From a virus, in the IMG/VR virus record IMGVR_UViG_3300028794_000198, positions 1 to 64,000 of that record: a stretch of 64,000 bases of DNA, one strand, 5' to 3'. Below are positions 18,059-26,491 of the stretch, piece by piece. The translations under genes and the position numbers were made by a program. The notes beneath the pieces were generated by a model. That model was not told the origin of the DNA, searched no databases, and saw only the letters and a program-made list of their open reading frames with translations. The number at the start of each line of letters is the position of its first letter. Position 1 is the first letter of the stretch.

Positions 18059-18900
18059 CTACCTGGTGAGCTGGAACAAGAACTCGGCGCTGGCCAGGGA
18101 CAGTTGGACCTTCGGCTTAATCGGCTTGCTGCCTGGGCGCCGAACGGGCTCCGGGGCCTTCGGGCGCTTAGCCTTCGACTCGGTGTTGGCGCAGATCAGC
18201 ACGTACTCGACGCGGCGCGTGGCGTCCACGAGGGCCGCCGTCAGCTGCTCCAGCTGGGACCAGCGGCCCTTTTCCGGCTCACCCTTATCGCCCTGCTCGG
18301 CGAGTTCCTCGTCGGACAGGCTGTTGCGGAGTGCGGTCCAAGTGGCGGACTCGGGGGGCAGGTGCTGGATGAGGACCCGCAGGCGTCGCCACGACATGTC
18401 GCCGCGGTGCACGTCGAGGAGGTCGACGCCGTTGTAGTAGCGGAGCAGGTCGGCTTCTACCGCCTCCGCGTGCGCCTCGACGACGGATCGGGTCCACTGG
18501 ATTTCCCCAGGCTCTCACCGGCACGTTCGGCAGCAGAGCCCACCATCTCGCCGAACTGCTCGTTCGTCGGGTCGAGTTCGAGGTAGAGGTCGTAGTCCTC
18601 AGGGTGAAGGACGATGCCCGCGAACGCGTCGACTTGCCCGTTTCCGAGCAGGCGCTGCCATGACTGCCGCCACGCGCCGGGCGGGATGATGCGCACCTCG
18701 CCTTCGGCGCCGTCTGCCCCGCAGAGCGTGGCCGTGACGTACTTGTTGACGGCCTCGGCTTCCTGCGCTTCCGCCGAGGAAACGTCCAGGTCGTCCTCGA
18801 AGTCCTCCTCCGGGGCGGCGACGGGACGTGTCGTCGCCGGACGGGATGCGGCGCGTGCTGCTGTACGCGGCTTGCCGGTGGTGGTACGCGTGTTGGCCAC
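18059..18900 (-). CDS. tail assembly chaperone, -1 frameshifted (G-T) product
   Basis: -1 shift at GGGGAAA (18502-18508) joins ...ESLG to EIQWTRSVVEAHAEAVEADLLRYY...LPPESAT. Confidence 0.85.
18457..18900 (-). CDS. tail assembly chaperone (G product)
   Basis: Between major tail and TMP genes; ends ...SLGKS... Confidence 0.85.
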   Translation of the reverse strand: MANTRTTTGKPRTAARAASRPATTRPVAAPEEDFEDDLDVSSAEAQEAEAVNKYVTATLCGADGAEGEVRIIPPGAWRQSWQRLLGNGQVDAFAGIVLHPEDYDLYLELDPTNEQFGEMVGSAAERAGESLGKSSGPDPSSRRTRRR

Positions 18901-18991
18901 GGCGCGGGCCTCCGTTCATTCAGGGCGCGGGCAGGGGTGTGAAGGTGGACGGGCCGGGCCCGCGCCAGGGTTGGCGGCCCGTCCACCCGTC

Positions 18992-19582
18992 TCAGGAGCC
19001 GGTGTACGCGGGCGTCACCGGCAGCTTGTCCGTGTGGTAGACCGTGTTTCCGGCGTCGTCCGGGTAGGAGGTGACGGTGATCTCGTAGCCGCTGATTTCG
19101 TCCTGCTTGAAGCTGACGTCGGAGCGGTCCGAGATCTCGCCCTGGGGGACGTAGAAGCCGCGCGAGGTGTCACCATCGAAGATCGCGAACCACCAGGCGC
19201 GACGGTCCGGAGTCGGGGACGCGGTCTCCGCGAACGAGGTGAGGCCGCTGGTCCCGTCCGGGACGAGGTCGCCCGCCGGGATGCGGTACATGACGCTCTG
19301 GACGGAGACGCGGGCCGTCTCCCACAGGGTGATCTTGAACGTCCGGATCGACTTGATGATCGTCGTGCGGATCGGGCTCGTGAGGCCCCACGGGGTGAAC
19401 TCCTGCGAGTCCTCGTCGAAGCCGTAGGTCAGGCCGTCGTCCGAGATGCAGCCCAGCGGCTCCCACGGAGTCGGAGGCTGAAGGAGCGGCGACGTCGGGC
19501 TCGACGTGCCAACGTCGGACACCCAGCCGCCACCGTTCGTGCCGATGATCGTGAGGTCCGCCGCGCGGGTGATGTTGACCAT
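18992..19582 (-). CDS. major tail (tube) protein
   Basis: LGCISDDGL...TPWG...YEITVTSYPD; GGAG RBS. Confidence 0.9.
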   Translation of the reverse strand: MVNITRAADLTIIGTNGGGWVSDVGTSSPTSPLLQPPTPWEPLGCISDDGLTYGFDEDSQEFTPWGLTSPIRTTIIKSIRTFKITLWETARVSVQSVMYRIPAGDLVPDGTSGLTSFAETASPTPDRRAWWFAIFDGDTSRGFYVPQGEISDRSDVSFKQDEISGYEITVTSYPDDAGNTVYHTDKLPVTPAYTGS

Positions 19583-19664
19583 GAAGGGTCTCCAGACATG
19601 CGAAAACCCCGCACGGCGGCGAGGTTCAGAGGGAAACAGGGTCCGGCGCGGGCCCGAAAGCCGG

Positions 19665-20057
19665 TCAGGAGACCGGGTGACAGAAGATTTCGTAGGTGCC
19701 GCCAACCCGGCGCAGGGCGACGTTCTCGTAGTCCCTCGGCCCGGGCAGCGTCAGTGCCGCCACCCGACCGAACACGACCGTGTCCCCGAAAGAGCCGGGG
19801 AGGTCGCCCGTGAGCCAGGCATGCACTGACCGGCTCCAGGTGATCGCAGCGGAACGGGTCTCGCCGAAAACGTCCATGTCGACGAGGAAGCGGGCGAGCC
19901 GGAACCCGTCGTCGCTACCGGCCGGAACCTGCTGGAACCGGATGGTCGGCAGCTCGTTGAGCAGATTGTTGTCGAGCTCGTCCCGCACCACGGCATCCGG
20001 GAAGCGGGCCGTGGCCCGGGTGATGAGTTCCAGCTCGATGTCGACGAGGGCGGTCAC
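19665..20057 (-). CDS. tail terminator / tail completion protein
   Basis: Position; VDIELEL...GSDDG...VDMDVF. Confidence 0.75.
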   Translation of the reverse strand: MTALVDIELELITRATARFPDAVVRDELDNNLLNELPTIRFQQVPAGSDDGFRLARFLVDMDVFGETRSAAITWSRSVHAWLTGDLPGSFGDTVVFGRVAALTLPGPRDYENVALRRVGGTYEIFCHPVS

Positions 20058-20383
20058 TAGTCGCCGCCCCCCATCTGTGCGGCCCGCAGCAGCACATGAT
20101 GCGCAGGAACCTTCTCGGTTCCGTACTCCACCCAGCGGGCGTAGTAGGCCGTGTTGCGGACGACCGCGACCGCACGGTCCCGGCGACGCCCGCCGCGAGC
20201 CTTGCTGTCCGTCTCCCACGACTCCTTGTAATGGCCCGGAGTGGGGCTGCTGTCGTCAACTGGCGACAGCGTGATCGCCACATCCTTGATGACTTCGGCC
20301 CGGCGCAGCATCTCCGCCTGCATGCCCGGCATCCGCAGCATCTGGCCGACGCCTTGCCGCTTCATCTTGAACCGTGCTGCCAT
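20057..20383 (-). CDS. HK97 gp10-like neck protein
   Basis: YARWVEYGT motif. Confidence 0.8.
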   Translation of the reverse strand: MAARFKMKRQGVGQMLRMPGMQAEMLRRAEVIKDVAITLSPVDDSSPTPGHYKESWETDSKARGGRRRDRAVAVVRNTAYYARWVEYGTEKVPAHHVLLRAAQMGGGD

Positions 20384-20418
20384 ATCCCCTCCATCGACTC
20401 GCGCATCAGGGGGCGGAC

Positions 20419-20739
20419 ATGGACGTGAAGGGCGTGCTCGGCACGATCAGCTTCGACGGGGAATGGGTCACGATCACGAAAACGCCGGCCGGGCCGAAGC
20501 CCGCGCCGGTGCGGATTCGGGCCGCAGTCGTCACGGGCACACGGTTCAAACGAGGAACCCGGCTCATGCACGGCTACGTGCAGTTCGAATTCCCGGGAAG
20601 CCGCGCCAGCGGAGAGAAGAAGGGGCTGGCCTTCGGTGGCCGGCCGCCCTACGGAGACCCGTACAGCCTCTCCATCCCCCACAAGAGCAACGACGGCGCC
20701 GAAAAGCTGGTCGCAGCCGTCGAGCAGGCCCGCGGCTAG
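20419..20739 (+). CDS. DUF4429-like (PH-like) protein, antisense moron
   Basis: MDVKGVLGTISFDGEWVTI...GYVQF...; AGGGGG RBS; opposite strand to the late operon. Confidence 0.7.
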   Translation: MDVKGVLGTISFDGEWVTITKTPAGPKPAPVRIRAAVVTGTRFKRGTRLMHGYVQFEFPGSRASGEKKGLAFGGRPPYGDPYSLSIPHKSNDGAEKLVAAVEQARG

Positions 20740-21098
20740 CCGGTCACCCGGTCGGCTGCGAACTGGATCGGACCGCGGGTCCCGGTGAACGGGCTGCGAC
20801 CCCAGTCGCCGGGCTCGCCCGTGATGTCGCAGACGACGGACCGGATCACGGCCCGGTCCGTCGTCATCAGCGGTCTGCCAGCGGATACATAGACGGTCCA
20901 CCCGGTGATGACGGTGTCCCGCGCCTGCTGCTCCGGACCGCCCACCTGCGGGGTCTCGGCGCGCGGCGTCACCACGCACCCCTTCAAATCGAACGACTCG
21001 TCCGGGCCCGGCAGCGGCTGCCCGCGCGGATCGCGGCCCGGCGACAAGCCCGTGCGCATGATCCGCACCGTCTCGCCGAAGGGATACGGGGCAGGCAT
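20736..21098 (-). CDS. head-tail stopper/closure protein
   Basis: Position; GEPGDWGRSPFTG...RVTG. Confidence 0.75.
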   Translation of the reverse strand: MPAPYPFGETVRIMRTGLSPGRDPRGQPLPGPDESFDLKGCVVTPRAETPQVGGPEQQARDTVITGWTVYVSAGRPLMTTDRAVIRSVVCDITGEPGDWGRSPFTGTRGPIQFAADRVTG

Positions 21099-21514
21099 CA
21101 CACCCACCCCCAGCCCGGCTCGTACTCCTCGCCGACTCCAAGGCCACTGTCGGGCGGCCATGACGCCCACGGATCGGCGGTGTCCGGCGTGGGGTCCACC
21201 GTGAAAGCACCACCGCGGCCGGCCAGCGACTTGAGCGCCGACTTGTCGGCCTTCGTGAGATACAGGCCGCCCGAGCCGGACGGGCGCTGCACCGACATGG
21301 GGCCGATCGTCTCGTAACTGACCTGCTGCGGATTCACATAGGCACGGCCCGCCACCGACAAGACGACAGCCTCCGCACCCTCCGGGAGCGGCTTAACGAT
21401 CGTCTGACAGAGCGATAGCGCCGACGCGATCAACAGGTCGGCCCGGTCACCGTCGATCTCGTCCAAGCCGAGGAACAACCCGAGCTCCTCGACAGTCGGC
21501 GGGGTGAAAGCCAC
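21098..21514 (-). CDS. head-tail adaptor
   Basis: RAYVNP..YETIGP...GLYLT..D...L. Confidence 0.8.
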   Translation of the reverse strand: MAFTPPTVEELGLFLGLDEIDGDRADLLIASALSLCQTIVKPLPEGAEAVVLSVAGRAYVNPQQVSYETIGPMSVQRPSGSGGLYLTKADKSALKSLAGRGGAFTVDPTPDTADPWASWPPDSGLGVGEEYEPGWGWV

Positions 21515-21522
21515 GACGCCTC

Positions 21523-22551
21523 CTATCCGGCCAGTCCCTCTACGGCTCCGCACCAGGCAGCCAGGTCGGCCGTCGGATCCAGCTCGGCAGACCGGGCCTT
21601 CGCCCGCTTGCCGGCGAGCCGGTACTCGGACGCCGTGCGCAGCTTCCGGATCACCGCCTCGTAGCCGTCGAGATCCTGACGCTCGATGAAGATGCCGCCC
21701 TCGCCGAGCGACTCACACAGGCCCGGGGTGGGGTGGGCCAGGACTGGGATCCCTGAAGCGAGCGCCTCGACGCCTGCCCGGCCCCACGACTCGTAGGACG
21801 ACGGCATCAGCAGCAGGCGCGTCCGCGCATACACCGTGTCGCGCATCTCGTGCCCGGAGACGTGCTCGACTTCCTCGACGTTCGGCAGGTCCGAGTAGTC
21901 GGTCTGCTCGCCGTAGGAGCCCTTCGCCGCCAGGAACTTGATGTCCGGCATGCGCTTGGCCAGCTTGTGGAACAGCAGGCCGCCCTTTTCCGGGTTGGTG
22001 TTGACCAGCGTCACCCGGTCGCCGGGCTTCGCCGCATACTCCTTGGCGAACACCGGAGGGCGAACAACGATCGACTGCTCGGGCCGGATGCCCTTGGGGT
22101 GGTCCACGAAGTGCAGTTCGGCCTCCCGGGCCATCCACTGCGAGTTGTAGACCGCCAGCGCCGTCGAGCCCGACGCCATGTCCCGGAACGTTGGCAGGAA
22201 CGTGTTGTGGCAGATCGACACGAACGGCTTCCCGTAGCCGCGGGCCAGTGCGGCAGTCGACGGCACATTCTCCAGGTGGGACACCAGAACGCTCGCCCGC
22301 CGGACCGCAGTTGCGAAGTCCAGGCGGGACTCCAGCGGCACCACCTTCACGCCGTCCAGCTCATACGGTTCATGATCCTCGCCGTAGCGGGACAGCCACA
22401 CCGTGACCTCGTGCCCGCGCTCGACGAGAGCCCGGAACATCGACCAGGCCATCCACTCCGCCCCGGCATTGTGCCGGGGCGGGGCGGCGTGCAGCCGGGC
22501 AACGACCTGCATCGCCCGACTGCCCTTCCCGCCGCCGCGGGCCTGCGTCAC
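21523..22551 (-). CDS. GT4 (GT-B) glycosyltransferase
   Basis: GAE, RGHEVTV, YNSQW, KGG, PS..ESWGRAGVEAL..GIPV (EX7E); start overlaps the capsid stop. Confidence 0.9.
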   Translation of the reverse strand: MTQARGGGKGSRAMQVVARLHAAPPRHNAGAEWMAWSMFRALVERGHEVTVWLSRYGEDHEPYELDGVKVVPLESRLDFATAVRRASVLVSHLENVPSTAALARGYGKPFVSICHNTFLPTFRDMASGSTALAVYNSQWMAREAELHFVDHPKGIRPEQSIVVRPPVFAKEYAAKPGDRVTLVNTNPEKGGLLFHKLAKRMPDIKFLAAKGSYGEQTDYSDLPNVEEVEHVSGHEMRDTVYARTRLLLMPSSYESWGRAGVEALASGIPVLAHPTPGLCESLGEGGIFIERQDLDGYEAVIRKLRTASEYRLAGKRAKARSAELDPTADLAAWCGAVEGLAG

Positions 22552-23507
22552 GACGAGGAGCCGGCCGTGCCGGTGTACTTGACGAACGCCTGTGCGTCAC
22601 CCTGCACGTAGCCGTAGAACGCCTCTGCGAGGATCAGCACCAGGTTCTCCTGGAACGCCGAGTGGACGCCGCCGTCCTCGTCGACGTAGGTGGCCTCCTT
22701 GGAGATCCGCACGGTGATGTCCATGCCGACGCCGTAAGCCGCCTGCGACCAGTCTCCGCCGATCGCGCGCAGGCCCGTGTCTGAGCTGGTGGACTGGCGG
22801 CGCTGCTTGCCCGACACGCTCCGCGAGTACGCGAGCGGCTCACCGATCAGCGTTCCCGCCGACGCCATCTGCGTGCCCGGGACGGTCGTGTCGACGAGGA
22901 TCGGACGGCCCGTGGTGTCCGTCGCGAGCAGCAGACGCGGCTTCAGCCGGTGGTCCGCCACCGTGCCGGTGTAGTCCCAGTCGTCGTTGATGACCAGGCC
23001 CATGCCGTTGACGAAGTCCGCCCACACGCCGCCGTCCGCCTGCGTGGCCGTGCCGAGCGCGATCGAGTTGGTGGTCTCCGCGAGGTAGTCGTCGAACGGG
23101 CCGGCCGCGCCCTTCATGGTGAGGCCGTGGATCGCCGCGTGGTCGAAGGCGCGGGCGAAGGCCGTCGGCAGATCCCGCTGCAGCTGCGTGTACAGCCCGC
23201 CCGCGTTGGTCATCGCGACCTCTTCGGCCACCGGGATGAGGACGGCGACCTTCTTCGCGGTCATCTGCTTGATGCTGACCCCGCCGCTCGACAGCGGCTT
23301 CCGGGCGGCCTGGCCGACCCAGTCGGCGACCGGCACGTCCATCGGGATCGGGATCGACGTGGTCGCGTCGATCGCGAGCGGCGCCGGACGGGCGAGCGCC
23401 ATCACCGCGGACTGCTCGACGCTCTTCTCGAAAATGGGGCCGGCGAGGGTTCGCGGCAGGAGTGAAGCGTTGACATCACTCAGCTTGATCGGGGCCGTAG
23501 CCACCAT
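22548..23507 (-). CDS. major capsid protein (HK97 fold)
   Basis: WVGQ..RKP, KKVAVLIPV.EE, FDHAAIHG, FQENLVLILAE. Confidence 0.93.
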   Translation of the reverse strand: MVATAPIKLSDVNASLLPRTLAGPIFEKSVEQSAVMALARPAPLAIDATTSIPIPMDVPVADWVGQAARKPLSSGGVSIKQMTAKKVAVLIPVAEEVAMTNAGGLYTQLQRDLPTAFARAFDHAAIHGLTMKGAAGPFDDYLAETTNSIALGTATQADGGVWADFVNGMGLVINDDWDYTGTVADHRLKPRLLLATDTTGRPILVDTTVPGTQMASAGTLIGEPLAYSRSVSGKQRRQSTSSDTGLRAIGGDWSQAAYGVGMDITVRISKEATYVDEDGGVHSAFQENLVLILAEAFYGYVQGDAQAFVKYTGTAGSSS

Positions 23508-23525
23508 GATTCCTTCTTTCGGCAG

Positions 23526-24173
23526 CTACTTCAGCTGCGCATGGAGGAACCCCTGGAACTCGTCCTCAGGGGTCAGAGGGGCCTGCTTGTTGTTGGCGCC
23601 GGACGCCTGTGTGCGGTCCGGTGCGGGGCGCCGCGGGCCCTCCTGGGGCTGGGATTTCGCCCAGTGCGGCTTGCGCTCCAAAAGCGCCTGGAGGTCGGCC
23701 TCGATGGCCGCCTCGTCGATGTCGCCGTCAGAGTCGATGTACGAGTCGAGGTCCAACTCGCCGAGCGGGTCGTCCGCGTCGGCGAACGACGTTGCCGCCA
23801 GGGCCTGCACCTGAGTTCGCACCAGGCGCTCGCGGGTCTTGGTGATCCGCTCGTTCGCTGCGGCCAGCTGGTCCGTCAAGCGCTCGGTGTCGGACTTCTC
23901 GGCGTCCTTGAGGCGCTGCAGCTCGGCCGCCTTCGGCTCCAGCTCCTTCAGGCGCTTGCGGAGGTTCTGGGCCTCCGAGTTCGCCTTCCGGATCTTTGCC
24001 TCGGCCTGCTTTCGGTCGAACGGCGTCTCCTCGGTCCCGGTCTCCGCCGCCTGGGCGTCGTCCGTAACCTCGGTGGTGTCATCGACCTCTGCGGCCTCGT
24101 CGGGCGAAATGACGCCCTCCGCGACCTGCTGGACAACTGCGTCGGTCTTGGCGTTCTCGTTCTCTTCGGGCAT
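23526..24173 (-). CDS. capsid scaffolding protein
   Basis: Acidic N-terminus and coiled coil; directly upstream of the capsid gene. Confidence 0.85.
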   Translation of the reverse strand: MPEENENAKTDAVVQQVAEGVISPDEAAEVDDTTEVTDDAQAAETGTEETPFDRKQAEAKIRKANSEAQNLRKRLKELEPKAAELQRLKDAEKSDTERLTDQLAAANERITKTRERLVRTQVQALAATSFADADDPLGELDLDSYIDSDGDIDEAAIEADLQALLERKPHWAKSQPQEGPRRPAPDRTQASGANNKQAPLTPEDEFQGFLHAQLK

Positions 24174-24252
24174 GACGGATCGGCCCTCCAGGGGCTGTGG
24201 AAATGAGAAAGGCCGCCACCAGGGCGACCTCGTCGAACGTTGAGCGCGGTTG

Positions 24253-25044
24253 TCAGCCGTGCTCGGCTATGGCCCGCCGGAACAGGCGGAGCTGATCGCC
24301 GGAATGGCCTGCGGCGTACTGCTGGTACAGGCGATCCCACTCCTGGGCGTGAGGCGACAGCTCGAAGCGCTGACCTCGGAAGACGGGGACGATCGCGCAG
24401 TGGCAGTCGTTGTGGAACTTCACGACCGAGGCGTCGCCAGTGAACAGTTCGTTCGCATCCCGGCCCGCCGTCTGGGCGTTCCGATAGACGGCGCCCCTGG
24501 ATGCCATCAAGCGACAGAACGCACAGGCCCCCAGCGCGGCAGCGCGGGCATAGGCGACAGCCTGCGGATCCGAATTCACCGCCTGCCGGAGTGTGGCCCT
24601 GCCCCGATCCGCAACCAGCTTCTGTGTCGCGCCGTCGGCTTTGGTCATCGCGGCTTCGAGCCGCACATCCAGAGGCTTCTGCTGGGCAACCGTGGCGACA
24701 GCGTCGTCGCGCGGCCACAGGTCTTTCGTCGCCCACCGCATCGCGCTGTCCACCTGCTCGCCCGGCGGGGGATCCGCCAGCGGCACAGTGAATGCCCCCG
24801 CCGCACCGGCAGAGACCCGCTCCCCGTCGTAAAAGTCGGCAGCCAGAGTCGCCGACACCTCCGAGTAGCGGGCCACGATCGCGGCGACAGCCTCAATCCA
24901 GGGCGGCACCGAGGTCTGCAGCCGAGACGGGTTGATGAGACGCCGAATCCCCCGCAAGTCCCGCAGGAGCAGCCGGGTGAGCCCCAACTGGGCGGCGCGC
25001 CACCGGCCAGCCGACGCGGAGCCGTCAGAGGTTGTTGACGCCAA
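24253..25044 (-). CDS. MuF-like minor capsid / head maturation protein
   Basis: CAFCRLMASRG..Y and HNDCHC motifs. Confidence 0.85.
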   Translation of the reverse strand: MASTTSDGSASAGRWRAAQLGLTRLLLRDLRGIRRLINPSRLQTSVPPWIEAVAAIVARYSEVSATLAADFYDGERVSAGAAGAFTVPLADPPPGEQVDSAMRWATKDLWPRDDAVATVAQQKPLDVRLEAAMTKADGATQKLVADRGRATLRQAVNSDPQAVAYARAAALGACAFCRLMASRGAVYRNAQTAGRDANELFTGDASVVKFHNDCHCAIVPVFRGQRFELSPHAQEWDRLYQQYAAGHSGDQLRLFRRAIAEHG

Positions 25045-26491
25045 GGCCGACCTCCGGCGGAGTCACCGCAGGCGAACTAGCTCCGGCGCCGAGTTCGGCC
25101 AGCCGATCCATCAGGGAGTTACTTCCGGCCTGGCCTGCAGACCGGGAGCGGTCAGCGCGAACCCGCTGCCGCTGGCCTTCCGTCAAGCCCGCCATCTCCA
25201 ACGTCACATCGGAATCGGCAGGCAGAATGCCCGCCTGGACCAGCTTCACCGTGGCGTCCGCCTGCGCGGCCACCGTCGGCGTCGCCGGGTTGCGCCACAC
25301 CGTCTCGATGCGGCGTGTCTTGTCCGGCGGCTCGCCGTCCCGCACCCACAGCGCGAGGCGCATGGCCTGCTGCCAGGCCGCCCCATACCGGCGGATGCGG
25401 CGCTCGGACCGCTTCACCAGCTTCGCCTCGGTCGACCGGATGGCATCCGCCGAGGCAGGGTTGTCGGTCGTGTAGCCGAGCATGTGGGGCGGCAGGCCGA
25501 ACTGCGCCGACATGATCCGCGCATACAGGTCGATGATCCGCGTCATCGCCGTCGGATCGTGAGCCGCGAACTGGCCCACGTCCGGAACGTTGCCGTCCTC
25601 GTCCCGCTCCAGAGCGAGCACGCGGCCGATGTACGTCTCCCAGGCACTCTTCGCGTTGCCCTCCGCATCCTGGAAGGCGGACTCGGAGGCGCCGAGGATG
25701 TAGCGCTGCGGGGCGCCGAAGAACTCGGCCGCCACCTCCATGCCCATCAGGCGCCGGCATGCAGCATCAGTGATCGACATGACCTCGGGGGTGATCTCCG
25801 ACCTGCCCACCCGGTCCGCGGTGCGCTGGCGGTTCGCCATCCGCACCACCGGCACGACACCCAGGTTATGGATGTCCCGGTCGACGACCTCCCAGCCGCC
25901 CGACTCCGACGGCAGCGCCGTGACGGTCTGATCCGGCAGGTACAAGACGATCATCCGCTCCTCGGGGCCCGACTCCAGATACGAGTCGGCCCGGCACTCA
26001 CGGAGTGCCGCAGTACCCATGCGGATCCGGGCGTCCCACAGCAGCGTCATGTCGAGCGGGGACTCCACCGTGATCAGTGGCGGGCAGTCCGGGGTGCCGC
26101 AGTCACCCGAGCCGACCGCGAGGTACTCGCGGCCGTACACCAGGGCGTCCAGGTGCGCGAGGGACGACTCGTCGAAGAGGTCGTTGGCGTCGGCGATCTC
26201 GTCAAGATCCGACGAGTCGGAACCGTCCTTCCATCGGAACGCCTCCAAGTCGAGGCGCTCCTCCAGGGACTCGACGCCGACCCGAGGCCATCCGATCACC
26301 GTATGCAAGCCCTTGAGCTGCGGCGGAATCGAGATACCCAGATCGCGCACCAGCTGCTCGCCGTTGAAGTACGAGTCCCGCAACTGCAGCGCCCACCGGT
26401 CCCGCAGCATGTCCGCGCGCAGCATGTTGATCAGCGCAAGTTCGTCGTCCGACAGATACACCAGCGGCAGTTCAGGGATCGAGACAGTCAC
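25025..26491 (-). CDS. portal protein (SPP1 gp6-like)
   Basis: GWPR, GRSEI, PQRYILG, NPASADAI. Confidence 0.93.
   Translation of the reverse strand: MTVSIPELPLVYLSDDELALINMLRADMLRDRWALQLRDSYFNGEQLVRDLGISIPPQLKGLHTVIGWPRVGVESLEERLDLEAFRWKDGSDSSDLDEIADANDLFDESSLAHLDALVYGREYLAVGSGDCGTPDCPPLITVESPLDMTLLWDARIRMGTAALRECRADSYLESGPEERMIVLYLPDQTVTALPSESGGWEVVDRDIHNLGVVPVVRMANRQRTADRVGRSEITPEVMSITDAACRRLMGMEVAAEFFGAPQRYILGASESAFQDAEGNAKSAWETYIGRVLALERDEDGNVPDVGQFAAHDPTAMTRIIDLYARIMSAQFGLPPHMLGYTTDNPASADAIRSTEAKLVKRSERRIRRYGAAWQQAMRLALWVRDGEPPDKTRRIETVWRNPATPTVAAQADATVKLVQAGILPADSDVTLEMAGLTEGQRQRVRADRSRSAGQAGSNSLMDRLAELGAGASSPAVTPPEVGLGVNNL

Noticed and set aside
10855-18437. Long plus-strand ORFs (e.g. 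10855-12612, 16298-17962, 16932-18437)
   Set aside because: Antisense shadows of GC-rich tail genes, with no motifs or RBS.
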